Source: Octopus sinensis (Eukaryota). Taken from it: 64,000 nucleotides of DNA. Numbering within the stretch: the first letter of the stretch is position 1; the number at the start of each line of letters is the position of its first letter. Shown one piece after another: positions 39,350 through 52,014 of the stretch. The DNA lies in NCBI RefSeq assembly GCF_006345805.1, contig NC_043001.1, positions 118,916,001 through 118,980,000 of the forward strand, read 5' to 3'. A program made the translations under genes and the position numbers. Under the pieces are notes generated by a model, which searched no databases, was not told the DNA's origin, and worked only from the letters and a program-made list of their open reading frames with translations.

Positions 39350-39649
39350 GAGAAAGAGAAAGGGGCAAGAGGGGAGAGAAGGAGAGAGAGGGAAAGAAAG
39401 AGAGAGGGAGAGTGGGAGAGAGAGAGAAGGAGAGAGGGAGAGAGAGACGGAGAGAGAGAAATCGATTTTAGTATTGGACTGATGCTTTATTTATTGATAC
39501 CAAAAGAATGGACAACAAAGTAAACTTTGTTAAACTTATATATATATATATACATACACACAGAAATAACATAAAAAGGAATCGGCAAATCAAGCCCCAT
39601 TGTTCTATAATTTATAAATTATACCTAGTCGTGAATTAAATTTAAAGCA

Positions 39650-40830
39650 AACACTCCCATAAAAACGCAATGCTAAAACATGTTATAAACTCCCGATTGC
39701 TGAGACGCTGGTTGCCATACCAACTTAGGACGATTTACAAAAAGGAAACACGTCTGCAAGTCGGCAGAATAACACTTGGATCTGACTTCACCTCCCGGCA
39801 GAGATCTACAAAAAAGATCGATTAGCTGCAAGAAACTACACGAAGCGTTCCAGCTTATTTGGCAGCATTTTGTTATTAAGGACTTCATGGATGCATCCAT
39901 CTTTCTTCTTTACAAGTGCAAAGGAAAATGCAAGACCTGTGAAATCGCGGAAATTCCCTTCTTTCCATCGCAAAATACTGGCCCCTCAGTTACTTCATTG
40001 ACCAAGTACCTTTAACAATGTGGCTTCCGTGAGAGACATTGAACCCTTGACATGGCGTTTGCTGCTAGACTGCTTCAAGAGAAATGCCAATAACAGCATG
40101 CCGAATTCTAATCCACCTAGATCGATTTTGGCCAAGGATTTCGAAATTAGAAAAAGCTTTTAGAGAAACATGACAAAGTATGAATGGCTTCTCTTCAAAT
40201 TTATTTCCAACGTACAAGGTCTACACGATGGTATGGTAGCCAGATGTGAAGACAACAGAGAATCACCAGTATCAGTATCTGTTTTCAACAGTATGAAACA
40301 GGGTTATCTCCTTATTCCCAATCTGTTCAACATCATGTTTTCAGCCATGTTAATAGACATCTTTAAAGACACGTATCTACATTGGAGTACTGATGGCTCA
40401 ATCGTCAAACGTATGAAAAGTTTTGTTTTCACGAATAATAAATTTTCTGTTAGTCGATGAGTATACCCCCAATGCTGCTTCAGAGGCCAACATGCAGTAC
40501 ATTGTCGACAAGTTCTCGACCTTCGGCCTGACGTTTAATACGAAGAAAACCGAAGTGAAGTATCAGCCAGTTTCATGCAAAAAAAAAATGTATTGAACCT
40601 AACATCATTGAGAGGCAACAACTGAATGCTGTGGAAAGTTTTATCTACTTAGGAAGCGTATTCTCCCAAACGGTCGTCGCTGATGACGAAGTGAATGTAA
40701 GACTTCTCAAGGCCAGTGTCGCATCCGGTAGACCTCAGAATGAGTGGAACTGGAAAGGCATCACTCTAGACAGAGATAAACATGTACCGAGCTGTAGTTC
40801 TCACCACACTGTTCTATAACAGTGAAATAT
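39650..40830 (+). mobile_element. Degraded RTE-clade LINE reverse transcriptase fragment
   Basis: QCGFR, DMAFAARLLQEKC, SMKQG..PNLFNIMFSAML, FGLTFNTKKTEVKYQP, ESFIYLGS..DDEVNVRLLKASVA, YRAVVLTTLFY; numerous frameshifts. Confidence 0.85.
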
Positions 40831-40844
40831 GAACTTTTTACGAA

Positions 40845-40847
40845 TAT

Positions 40848-40882
<35 letters not shown>

Positions 40883-41620
40883 ATATCCCCACACTACAGC
40901 AAAATCCCTCATACATTCCAAGAAAAAACACATACATATATACACTTGCAATACGATTCTAGCAACCACAACCAACACTCACACACACATACACACACAC
41001 ACATACCAACATACCCTCACACACATATGGTTTCTCACACACACATGCAACAAGGACATAATCAGACAGAGACACACACACACGCACGTACACACACACT
41101 CACGTATACACACATAACATCCCCACCAATACAAAACACACAAACATACACACGCACACACACAGACGCACTCATACACGCGAACAAACACATACAAACA
41201 CATACGCACACACAAACCTTGACAAATACTAATCACACACATACACACGCACCACCAGGACAATTATAACAACACAAGCATACTCAGACAGACACACATA
41301 CACACACACACACATACACGTACACACGCATACCATCCACACCAACACAAAGCACAAACATACATACGCACACACAGACGCATACATACACACACGTGAA
41401 CAAACACATACACGCACATGCGCACACACATCCTGACAACTACTAATCACATACATGCACACACACACAAACGTGCACACATATGCACACACCATCCTAC
41501 GAAATATAAAATACACACAGACCCATATAAACTCTGGGACCAATCAAAAACGGCCCACCCACACAAACACAAGCACATGTATATATACACACACACATAG
41601 AGACGTGCACAGAGACACAC
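40845..41620. repeat. Degenerate CA-rich tract with a ~216 bp internal duplication
   Basis: 41118-41255 resembles 41334-41465 (tgacaa.tactaatcaca anchor). Confidence 0.7.
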
Positions 41621-42158
41621 ACGCTCACACCATTCTGACCTCTAAGACCAGTCCCCAAAACCACTGAACCATGACAGACTAACCTGGAAACAAAAAATCT
41701 TTTTGATTCCACTTTACTCTTCCTTTCCCCTCCCCCAACCAACCTCCCACACTGTCCCTTAAAATAGCAAACATTCCTTAGCTACACACAAGACAGAAAA
41801 TGTCAGAAAGACAGATCAGTTCCTCTCCAATTTTTTGTAAATTCTTAAATATATCTCCTTTTGTGTGTATATATATATATACTATCAAACAAATATGATT
41901 TTTATTGAACTCATAATACTTTTTCTTGAATACTTTCTTAAAAACTTTCTTGTAAAGTGTTTTAACATTTTCTTATTATTATCAAAGAATGTATAACTGT
42001 ATTTTAATACTTATGTGATAACCAGTACTTAACACAACAAGGCTTATACGAATCTTTACATTTTACTTTTGACAATCTTTTTCTAAAAAAGTGAAACCGG
42101 GCAAGTCAATAAACATCTTTAAAATAGCATTTTCAAACCTTCTTTCATATATATATAT

Positions 42159-42735
42159 ACGGCAAATAAGAAAATGGAGAGGATACGAAACGACATACAT
42201 CATCTGGTAGACATTCCAGTGTGTCTATTTATTCCAAAGCATTAGAAGAAAACATACACATGTAGTAACTATGTGTTACACACACACATGTATTAATATT
42301 ACAGAAAAAAGCAAAAGTTCAGTTCCTTACGGTCGTTTCTGCCAAGAGGCAACGAAATCCTCCATGCCATCTCCATCTATTCACTGTTCTGTAGGGATGG
42401 ACAGATAAAGTTTGGATGACCACTCCTAACCACTTAGACCCTCTGAAGAAGCCTAGAGGTATACTCGTCATCCAAACTTTATCTGCCCATTCCTACAGAA
42501 CACTGAAGAGAGTGAGATGGCATGGAGTATTTTGTTGCCTCGTGGCAGAAACGGCCGTAAGGAGATGATCTTTTGCTTTTTTCTGTAATACTAATACATG
42601 TGTGTGTAACACATAGTTACTAAATGTGTGTGTTTTCTTCGAATACTTTCTAATGCTTTAGAAAAATAGACACACATGAACGTCTATTGGATGATGTATG
42701 TCGTTTTGTATCCTCTCCATCTTCTTATTTGCCGT
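42159..42735. mobile_element. Foldback element with ~262 bp inverted arms and a 46 nt loop
   Basis: 42159-42420 is the reverse complement of 42467-42735 over its whole length, with scattered mismatches. Confidence 0.9.
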
Positions 42736-42920
42736 CTATATTAAGGGTAAACCACTTTCTACCCCCGCCCATATATGACACTCAATTACGAGATTGCCAC
42801 GCAATAACCAGCATTTGGGTATGAATAATTAGGTTCACTACCAGCAGTATATATATAGAATAGATACTATCCCTTAGCTGGCTGGTTTCCCAACATCTAA
42901 CTCTCATATATGTATGTATG

Positions 42921-42954
<34 letters not shown>

Positions 42955-43599
42955 TGTATGTATGTATGTATGTATGTATGTATGTATGCGTGCGTGCGTG
43001 TGTGTATGTATGTTTGTATGTATGTATGTATTTATGTATGTATGTATGTAGGTATGTATGTATGTATGTATGTATATAAACGTAACTTAAAGGTTCAGCA
43101 GAAATAGACATGTAGAATAAACACCAGACTTAAATACCGGAGGCCATTTGACAGATTAAAACTCCGCAGTGTGTTTCCCCATTGTGTTTCCCCAGTGTGT
43201 TTCCCTGGCGTAGCAGCAGTCCAATGAGACAAGAAAAATAATAAGTGAATAATAATACCAAATGTACACAAATGCTCTGGAGAAATAACCTGAAAAGCCA
43301 GGGAATTACACCGACTCAGCTGTTGACTTGAAGGCATTACGGCAGTTAATGAAAGCTTCCAACATCTTATTCGTAATTGGTTCAATTGGGGGTGATGCAC
43401 AACCACTTCTGTAAAAGCATTTACAGATTATTTACAAGTCTAAAGATGGACATATTCCTGAGAATAGCAATAATAGGTTCTATAAATATTGTTGGAGTAC
43501 CACCATACTGTGGTTGTTCGTTATGAACATTTTTGTGCCTGCAAATGTGCTTAATTCTTGTTTGAAGAAAGGTAACAACTGTTGCATTTCGCAAACCTT

Positions 43600-44320
43600 T
43601 AAGAATGGCTTCAAAATTTGGTGCAGAGCAAGCAGTTTTTAGGAGGAGAGGGAAATCGATTACATTGACCCCCCCAATACTTGGTTAGTACTTGTTTTTA
43701 TCGACCCTCAAAAAATGAAAGGCAAAATCGACCTCGGGGGAATTTGGACTCAGAAGAAATACCGCTATGCATTTTACTCAATACAATGACGATTCTCCCA
43801 GTCCACCATTTTAATGGTTTCAAATTTTGGCATCGATAAGATGGAAAGCAAAGTTGACCCTCACTAGGATTTGAACTTACAACGTAAAGAGCCGGAACAA
43901 ATACCGCAAGCTATTTATTCCAATGCATTATCAATTCTGCCAATTCATCATCCTTAATTGTTTGTAACGCGGGTACAAAGCCTGAAACGGGTCGGCAATA
44001 TTAAGTCGATCAAATCGACTCCAGTACTTGATTGGTGTTTCACACTATCGACCCCACAGGGATGAAACGCAACGCTAATCTCAACAGGAATTGAACAAAG
44101 GTGGTAATAATTGTTTCTCGTTTAGGCACAAAGCCAAAAATGATGCATGTATGTGAGTAGTTTGGTTGGTTAGTCGATACTATCAACCCCAGTACTTGAT
44201 TTGTATTACATATTATCGACTCCAAAGTGATTTGAACTCAGAGTATAAAGAGAACGTACAAATGCCACTAGACATTTTCCCTTCGTACTCACGATTCTGC
44301 CAACGTACAAATCTATCTCC
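43600..44320 (-). mobile_element. Cluster of about four degraded, co-oriented SINE A copies
   Basis: Repeated atcgacc(c)..aaaggcaaa.tcgacct..tttgaactc motifs. Confidence 0.7.
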
Positions 44321-44546
44321 ATAATTCACGAACTGAGAGATTTATTAGAATTAATAAACTGGCTCGATCCTATCTATCTGAACATACATACATACGTACA
44401 TACATACATACATACATACATACATACATACATACATACATGCATGCATACGTACATACATGCATGCATACATAAACACATACGTGTATGTATGTATGTA
44501 TGTATGTATGTATGTATGTATGTATGTATGTATGCATGTATGTATG

Positions 44547-44578
<32 letters not shown>

Positions 44579-44799
44579 TTCATATATATATATATTTATA
44601 TGTATGTACACACACACATACATGCATCTAGCCTATCGGCTGTGAATATGCAGTTTTCTCTCCCCTTGTTTTCTCACTGATTAAAAGCAATCGATTAGGA
44701 GCAAATGAAAATCATCTCTGATCGATTTTTACTTTAGACCCACTGCTGATCGATCATCAGGCCCACCATTGTCAATATCATTTCCCAGACCCACCACTG

Positions 44800-45418
44800 G
44801 TCAATAATTTCCAACCTTCCTTTTCTCTTCTGTCTTCTTCTTCTCGACCACTCAAAGTTATTCTCGCTTTCTTTCCTCATTTCCACTTCTCCTCTCCCTC
44901 TCTCTCACCTCATTTATCCATCTCCCTCTTTCTTTATCTCACGTTGTCTTCTTGATTTTCTCTCATTTTTATCTGTCTCTCTCACTCTCTTTCCCTACTC
45001 TTTTTCTCCAACCCAAGCTCTCCACTTTGCTCTCTCTCTCTCTCTCTCATTATCTTCGCTTTATGTATTCGTCTCTCTTTATTCCCCTTCTCCTGCTCAT
45101 ATTCTGCATTTTCTCACATCCGTACCCCCTCTCTTTTCTTTTAGTTCTACTCCCTCTCCTAAGCTGTCTCTTTCTCCTTCGCTCTTCCTTCCAGAACTTT
45201 AATTTCTACTTTCTCTTTTTCTTTTCCCTTTCGCATTCATCCCTCCGTGTCTCTCTTGCTCTCTCTCTTTCTTTCTACTTCTTTTTCTCCTCTTACTCCT
45301 CTATCTCCATCACTTTCTTTTTCCCTACTCTCTCCCTTCCTCGTTCCGCTTTCATTCCATATTTCTTCTCTTTCTTCTCTTCCCCTTCTCTCTCTCTCTC
45401 TCACTTTCCCTCACTTAG
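44800..45418. repeat. ~600 bp polypyrimidine (CT-rich) tract
   Basis: Direct reading. Confidence 0.9.
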
Positions 45419-46849
45419 CTCATGCGCTACGGAGGTTTCTGCGGACAGTTTCATCGAACGAAAGAAGAAATAAATGATTTTCGTTGTTGTTGTTTTTTGG
45501 AATGTTCAATGCTGCTACTACTGCTACTGCTGCTACTATGGCTGCCGCTCTTATTTGTATTATTATTATTGTTGTTGTTGATATTATGTAGCCTCCATTC
45601 AACTCAAATCGAACGCAGCCATGATACACGAAATAGACTAAATCGAACAGCTGGTCTGTTTCTTTTCTCTATCTAGGACAGCAGCAGTTTATTGAGGTTT
45701 TTGTTTGAGTTGTCGAGAAAACCAACTGAACACGTGAGAGTTTGTGTCACGTTAAAAGAAGCTCGCTGCTTCGAAATCATGGGCGAGAGACATTAAACGT
45801 TCTCTCAATCAGAATGTGCCACATATTTGTGCGAGTAACGCAAAGTAGTGGTGGCAGCAAGCCGAATCAGCGATCCAAGTTCGATTTACTGGTTGATCTA
45901 GTTCACTTATATTTTTCTACACTGTAAAAGCTTTGTCTCTAGCTGTATAGCGGAGACTGAGTTGTAAGTTCGATCGCTTGTTTGACCCAGTCCACTTGAT
46001 ACATCCTATGCATCAGCGACTTCGTATTTAACTGTATAGCGGTAATATGGCATTGCAATCCTATGTGTAGCTGAATCTGCGACCTAACTTCCATTCCTTG
46101 GTTGATTTAGTTCCGATTCTTTATTCTATATGCTCATGATTTCCAGCCATGCAGTGATGGCGTTGCAACCTATTGTATAGCTGAATCTACTTTTTAGATT
46201 CAATTATCAGGAATGTTGTTGCTATTGTAAGGTAACTTCCTTCGATTTTCTCACTTGTTCAACACGTTGACAGTATTTTTGAGAACATTTTCTGTACAGA
46301 TTCGATCATAATTCGAGCCAACGAGAAAGTCTTTAGTTGCTCGAAGTGCTAGGAATAGCTACTATACCCACATAATATTATACTCCTCAATCTTAAGAAA
46401 AAGGACATTAAATAATCCAGTCCTGAATATATTATATCTAAAAAAAGATGGAATGATAATGGTTGGAACACCTTTGATCATAAGTCTGAGAGCTAACTCG
46501 GGCCCAAACAACAAACAACAAAATTAGAAAAAGAATAGCCTCTGAACACACCGGTTCAGCGCATAAATAATATTCGCAAAAATTACGCTAGAACCATTCT
46601 GTGTTTGCCAGTACACCAGAGATGTAGAGTGGCAGGTGACTGTCCTCTTGTGATTGCTTACTTCGTATGAATAGAGCGACGATTGAGTTACATACTCAGA
46701 GTGTATTCTAGTGGGTGAAACTCGACAACATTGACTAGAAAACTATTTTCAAGATGATCTTGAATAGAGAGGTAATGAAGTTTAAAAATTCATAGCTACA
46801 GAGACCTTTGTGTAGCGATAAAAGAATTGGAGAGAAGAAACAGCACGTT

Positions 46850-47500
46850 TATGCGCAGGTGATGTTGATAGGTTGTCGACCGACATTATTTTGGACGCCG
46901 TTTAAATATATTTGAGGAATTTATTAAACCTAATTCTTGGCTAATCAGATTACAAGATACTATTAAGTCATTATTCTGGTATAAACCGCCCTGCAAAGTA
47001 AGAAATCTTTATTTCGTTTTTGATAAAAGGTCTAAGACATCGTATCCAGTCATTTTACATAATTTTGCAATTCTATACTATTCTTTCTAACTGAAAATGT
47101 CTGAAACAATTGATTATGAACGCTAAGGCTTTTTCAAGAAGAGCTTTAGTTATTGAAGGATAGAATTCAACGATATCAGATGTCAGAGATATATTGAATG
47201 TGGGTCTTGCTTGGGTTTGTTGAAGGTCAGTAACTGATCGAGGCTAAAGTGTTTCTTGGCAGCCACGAAACTTATTTAGTGGGGAATTATTTTGGCTATT
47301 TTATAGATGATCTTCCTTGTTCCATTGCAAACGTGTTATTTATTCCGCGGGGATTTTATTATGGTTTCGGTAGGAAGGAAAGATCCGTGCTCGTGGTTTC
47401 TACAAGCCACCAGAAGCTGGTACGATTGATGCAATGGATGTTCAATGTGCTAAGTCTCTCATCGAACGCGAGACATTGCAGTTGTAGGATAACAAGGCTA
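46850..47500 (-). mobile_element. Second Penelope-like RT fragment, internally deleted
   Basis: Minus-strand SDIVEFYPSITKALLEKALAF (~47120-47180) and GGLYQNN (decayed GLYRDD). Confidence 0.8.
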
Positions 47501-47939
47501 AACTCATCAGTTGAAAGATCGGTGAACATAAAAAAAAATCAACATACACAGACACACACATGCACACACATACAACACACCTGACAAGGTGTTATGAATA
47601 TAAATGACGATATATTGATTAATAGATACACGAAACAGGCAACAGTTGGGCAGACATACACATCCATGTAAGGGAAGAGAGAGAGAGAGAGAGAGAGGAA
47701 GAGAGAGTGAGAGAGAGAGAGAAAAAAAGAGAGAGAGAGTAGATAGACTTGCAGATTGTCAGTCTCTTTCTCTGCATACACACAAAAAGCCTGATGAAGT
47801 AGACCACCGTTGAAATTTTTAACTTGTTCGACCTAAAAGAAAATCTTATACTCGATTATATGTATTGAGTGCTTTTTCAGGAAATTTCTTGATGCGTGAT
47901 TATGAATAAACAAACACATATATCTACGAAGGTAAAGAG

Positions 47940-48010
<71 letters not shown>

Positions 48011-48336
48011 AAGAAACAAACTTAGAGAGAGTGAAAGGGAGAGATGTGGGTACATGTGGAATGGGTGCAAATGAATGAGAGAAAGAATTTATTCAATATT
48101 ATTACTCGAGTGGCTTCTAATGTATTGGTCGCTGCCACTTCACAAGTCTTTACTTGGAATTTCTCGTTATCAATCTTCAGACGATTGTTGAAAAGCGAAG
48201 CGAATATGAATCTATGCCGGCAGTTTGTTTTAATAGACAATCTTATATTGATTGACTGCCAGTTTGTATCGGAAGATATTTTTTGAAAAATGTAAATGTC
48301 TCGCGTTGAATTGTCATTGTGAAAGTAAAGCATACC

Positions 48337-48461
<125 letters not shown>

Positions 48462-48500
48462 TAATAATAATAATAACAACAACAATAACAACGACAACAA

Positions 48501-48871
48501 CGCCGCCGCCGTGGTGATCTCATTCTCGCCCACAACATCATAAGCGGAAAATGTAACCTCTCGAAAGAGCTGTTCTTCACTCCTGCTCCAGAGCGTCGGC
48601 TGCGGGGTCATTCCGAAAAGCTCTACCTGCGACGATTTCATCTTAATCGAAGGAGAGGAGCTTTCTCCGTCCGGGTTGCGGATCCGTGGAACAAGCTGCC
48701 AGACGAGATGGTGAAGATGCCGACGACCGCTTTGTTCAAAGCCTCCTTGGACCTCAAGTGGCCTGCACTCTTTACATGAACACCACCCTGTACTTAACTC
48801 CATGTCCCCCTACATGGCCTCGCTATTTGCTTTTGAGCCAAATTAACTAACTAACTAACTAACTAACTAAC
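48501..48871 (+). mobile_element. 5'-truncated CR1-clade LINE 3' end with uninterrupted frame and (TAAC)n tail
   Basis: 48501-48779 reads RRRRGDLILAHNIISGKCNLSKELFFTPAPERRLRGHSEKLYLRRFHLNRRRGAFSVRVADPWNKLPDEMVKMPTTALFKASLDLKWPALFT*, a typical CR1 C-terminus. Confidence 0.9.
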
Positions 48872-48895
48872 AACAACAACAAAAACAACAACAGC

Positions 48896-48931
<36 letters not shown>

Positions 48932-48948
48932 TAATAATAATAATTATG

Positions 48949-48982
<34 letters not shown>

Positions 48983-49014
48983 TAATAATAATAATAATAA
49001 TGATAATAATAATG

Positions 49015-49078
<64 letters not shown>

Positions 49079-49081
49079 TAA

Positions 49082-49281
49082 TATTCAGACAAATAAATAA
49101 CAAAAACACCAGGACTTACAAATATATATAACATACAGAAAATTGCACTACTTGGCACTACACACATCCTACGCAAAACACTTTCAATACAGTAACCATA
49201 AGGGTATCAAACAGCACATACCCAAGGCACACAGAGCTGCGCTCGGTAGTGAAGTGAAAGCACGCTATAAAAATAAAACTA

Positions 49282-49290
<9 letters not shown>
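49082..49290 (+). mobile_element. 3' end of an RLE-type non-LTR element (R4/Dong-like)
   Basis: 49082-49195 reads YSDK*ITKTPGLTNIYNIQKIALLGTTHILRKTLSIQ*, matching the QK..LLGT..ILR C-terminal motif of R4/Dong-type elements; (AAT)n on both sides. Confidence 0.75.
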
Positions 49291-49355
<65 letters not shown>

Positions 49356-49486
49356 ATAATAATAATAATAATAATAATGACAACAACAACAACGATGATG
49401 AGAATGATGATGATGATGATGATGATGATGATTATGATGATGATGCTAATAATAATAATATAATAATAATAATGATAATAATAATG

Positions 49487-49521
<35 letters not shown>

Positions 49522-49587
49522 AATAATAATAATATAATAATGATGATGATAATAATAATAATTAATAATATAATGATGATGATGATG

Positions 49588-49621
<34 letters not shown>

Positions 49622-49689
49622 TAATAATAATGATAATAATAATAATAATAATTAATAATAATAATAAAATAATAATGATAATAATAATG

Positions 49690-49720
<31 letters not shown>

Positions 49721-49748
49721 TAATAATAATGATAATAATAATAATGAA

Positions 49749-49791
<43 letters not shown>

Positions 49792-49802
49792 TGATGATGA
49801 TG

Positions 49803-49839
<37 letters not shown>

Positions 49840-49850
49840 TAACAATAATG

Positions 49851-49921
<71 letters not shown>

Positions 49922-50258
49922 AAGCAGTAGCAGCAGTAATAACGATTGACAGATGAAAATATGTACAGAAAGAGTCGTTATTCTGCATAAGGTCAGAAAA
50001 GGCTGCATGGGAGACAACTTGTACTTATATAATTTAATCACATGTAATGTTATATACATATATTTATATAAATACATTACACACACACACACACACACAC
50101 CACCACACACACACACACACACACACAGAGGTAGCTATGATTGTATTTGTTGGAACAAAATAACCTTGAACTTAGGAAAAAATTCAATCCGGTGTTGAGC
50201 ACTCATTCACATTGTTCAATATTAACGCACACACACATACACACACACATATATATAT

Positions 50259-50540
50259 GAAGGCGCGTAGCTTAGTGGTTAGGGTATTTGGCTAACGATC
50301 ATAAGGTTGTAAGTTCAATTCCCGGCGACGCGTTGTGCCCTTGAGCAAGACACTTTATTTCAGTGCACTCAGCTGGCAAAAATGGGTGACCTCGTCACAT
50401 TCTGTATTACGCTGAATCTCTCTGAGAATTACATTAAGGATACACGTGTGTGTGGAGTGCTCAGCCACTTGCACGTTAATTTAACTGTTCCACTGATCGT
50501 ATCAGCTTGGAACCGCATTATCGTAACCGACGGAGCGCTC
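50259..50540 (+). mobile_element. tRNA-headed SINE with Deu/Nin-like domain
   Basis: A-box tagcttagtgg, B-box agttcaattcc, ccttgagcaagacactt and gcacgttaa motifs (domain naming from memory). Confidence 0.7.
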
Positions 50541-50549
50541 CTTTCCATT

Positions 50550-50596
<47 letters not shown>

Positions 50597-50733
50597 CGAG
50601 AAGAAAATGGATATAATAAGAATGGGAACCTTGTGGTTTTCGCTGGTATGTCTTTAATTAAATCGGTAACAAAGAAGGAAGAAGCAGAGATGAGAGTAGC
50701 ATTTACGATCGTTTCGATTTACTGGTTTAAGTA

Positions 50734-52014
50734 CGAGGGGCGTTCAATAAGTAATGCCCCTGACCCACTTCCCATAGCAGTAGAGCAACGATACTTGGCA
50801 CAGTTATTAGTCTTTTCCTACATAGGAACTACCCAGAGTTATGCATTTCTCCCATCGTTTGATACAGCTCTGGAGACCGTTTTTGTAGAAGACACCAGCT
50901 TGGTCCTCCAACCACGACGGGACTTCAGAAATCAAGGCTGCATCATCTGGGAAACGCTTTCCTTTCAAAAACAACTTCATGGCTGGGAAGAGGTGAAAAT
51001 CAGAGGGTGCAGGTCAGGAGATGGGGGATGAGTTCATAGCCGCACGCCTGTGCTTCTGATCTGGCGACACGCGAGTTGTGGATCGGAGCGTTGTCCTGCA
51101 GGAGGAGGATGCCTTTGCTGATCTTGCCCCGCCTCTTGATTTTGATAGCTTCTCTTAATTTCCTCAAAAGTGAAGCATAATAGGCTCCTGTAATTGTGGT
51201 ACCCTTTGCCAGGAAATCTGTCATCACTACTCCGTCCTGGTCCCAGAAGACTGTGAGCATAACATTGTCAGCGGAGGGCTGCACCCTTGCCTTCTTTGGA
51301 GGAGGTGAGTCACGGTGCTTTCACTGCATTGACTGGGCTTTGGTCTATGGATCATAGTGATGGACCCAGGTTTCATCCTGTGTAATCAGTCTTTTGAAAA
51401 AATTTGACTCATCTTCTTGGCACATCTCCAAATTCATCCTCGAGCACTCAACGCGTTCTTGCTTCTGGAAAGGTGTGAGCAACCTGGAAATCCATCTGGC
51501 AGACACCTTTTGGATATGCAAATGGTCATGAATGATAGTTTCCACAGACCCGGTACTAATCTTGACCTTATGGGCTATTTAGCGAATAGTTATGCGTTGA
51601 CCTTCTAAAATGGCAGCCTCAACTTGACGGACAGACGTCTCATCAACGGCAGAAGGGGGCGACCAGATCTGGGAGCTGTTTCCACAGAGTTCCGACTATG
51701 TTTGAATTCACAATGCCAGCGTTTTACAAGGTCATATGATGGGGCATCATCACCATAAGTTACTTTCATTTCATCAAAAGTCTCCCGTGGTGTGCGTCCT
51801 TTCAAATACAAAAACCAGATCACTGCTCGACACTCAACAGGCTCCATTTCACACTTGACTCAGTTCAATCACCTGTAAATCAGAAACCACAATTAGTTCA
51901 GAGCTGTAATTCGCCATTTAATCTATAGAGATATAAATATTTGTACATGCAAAATTTCAGCTAGATCAAACAAATGCAAGTGGGTCAGGGGCATTACTTA
52001 TTGAACGCCCCTCG
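50734..52014 (-). mobile_element. Near-full-length mariner (1281 bp) with perfect TIRs and TA TSD
   Basis: TA-cgaggggcgttcaataagtaatgcccctgacccactt at both ends. Confidence 0.95.
50807..51847 (-). pseudogene. Mariner DD34D transposase pseudogene (~346 codons, frameshifts and stop)
   Basis: MEPVECRAVIWFLYLKG HTH, ITQDETWVHHYDP, LLLQDNAP, damaged YSPDL region, SDFHLFP..KRWEKC..YVGKD*. Confidence 0.9.

Noticed and set aside
45422-45676. 84-aa ORF with a long hydrophobic stretch (signal or TM-like)
   Set aside because: The hydrophobic run derives from CTA/CTG/TTA/TTG microsatellites
45930-45950. miR-9-like string ctttgtctctagctgtatag
   Set aside because: Seed and 5' half do not match miR-9, and no precursor hairpin is evident
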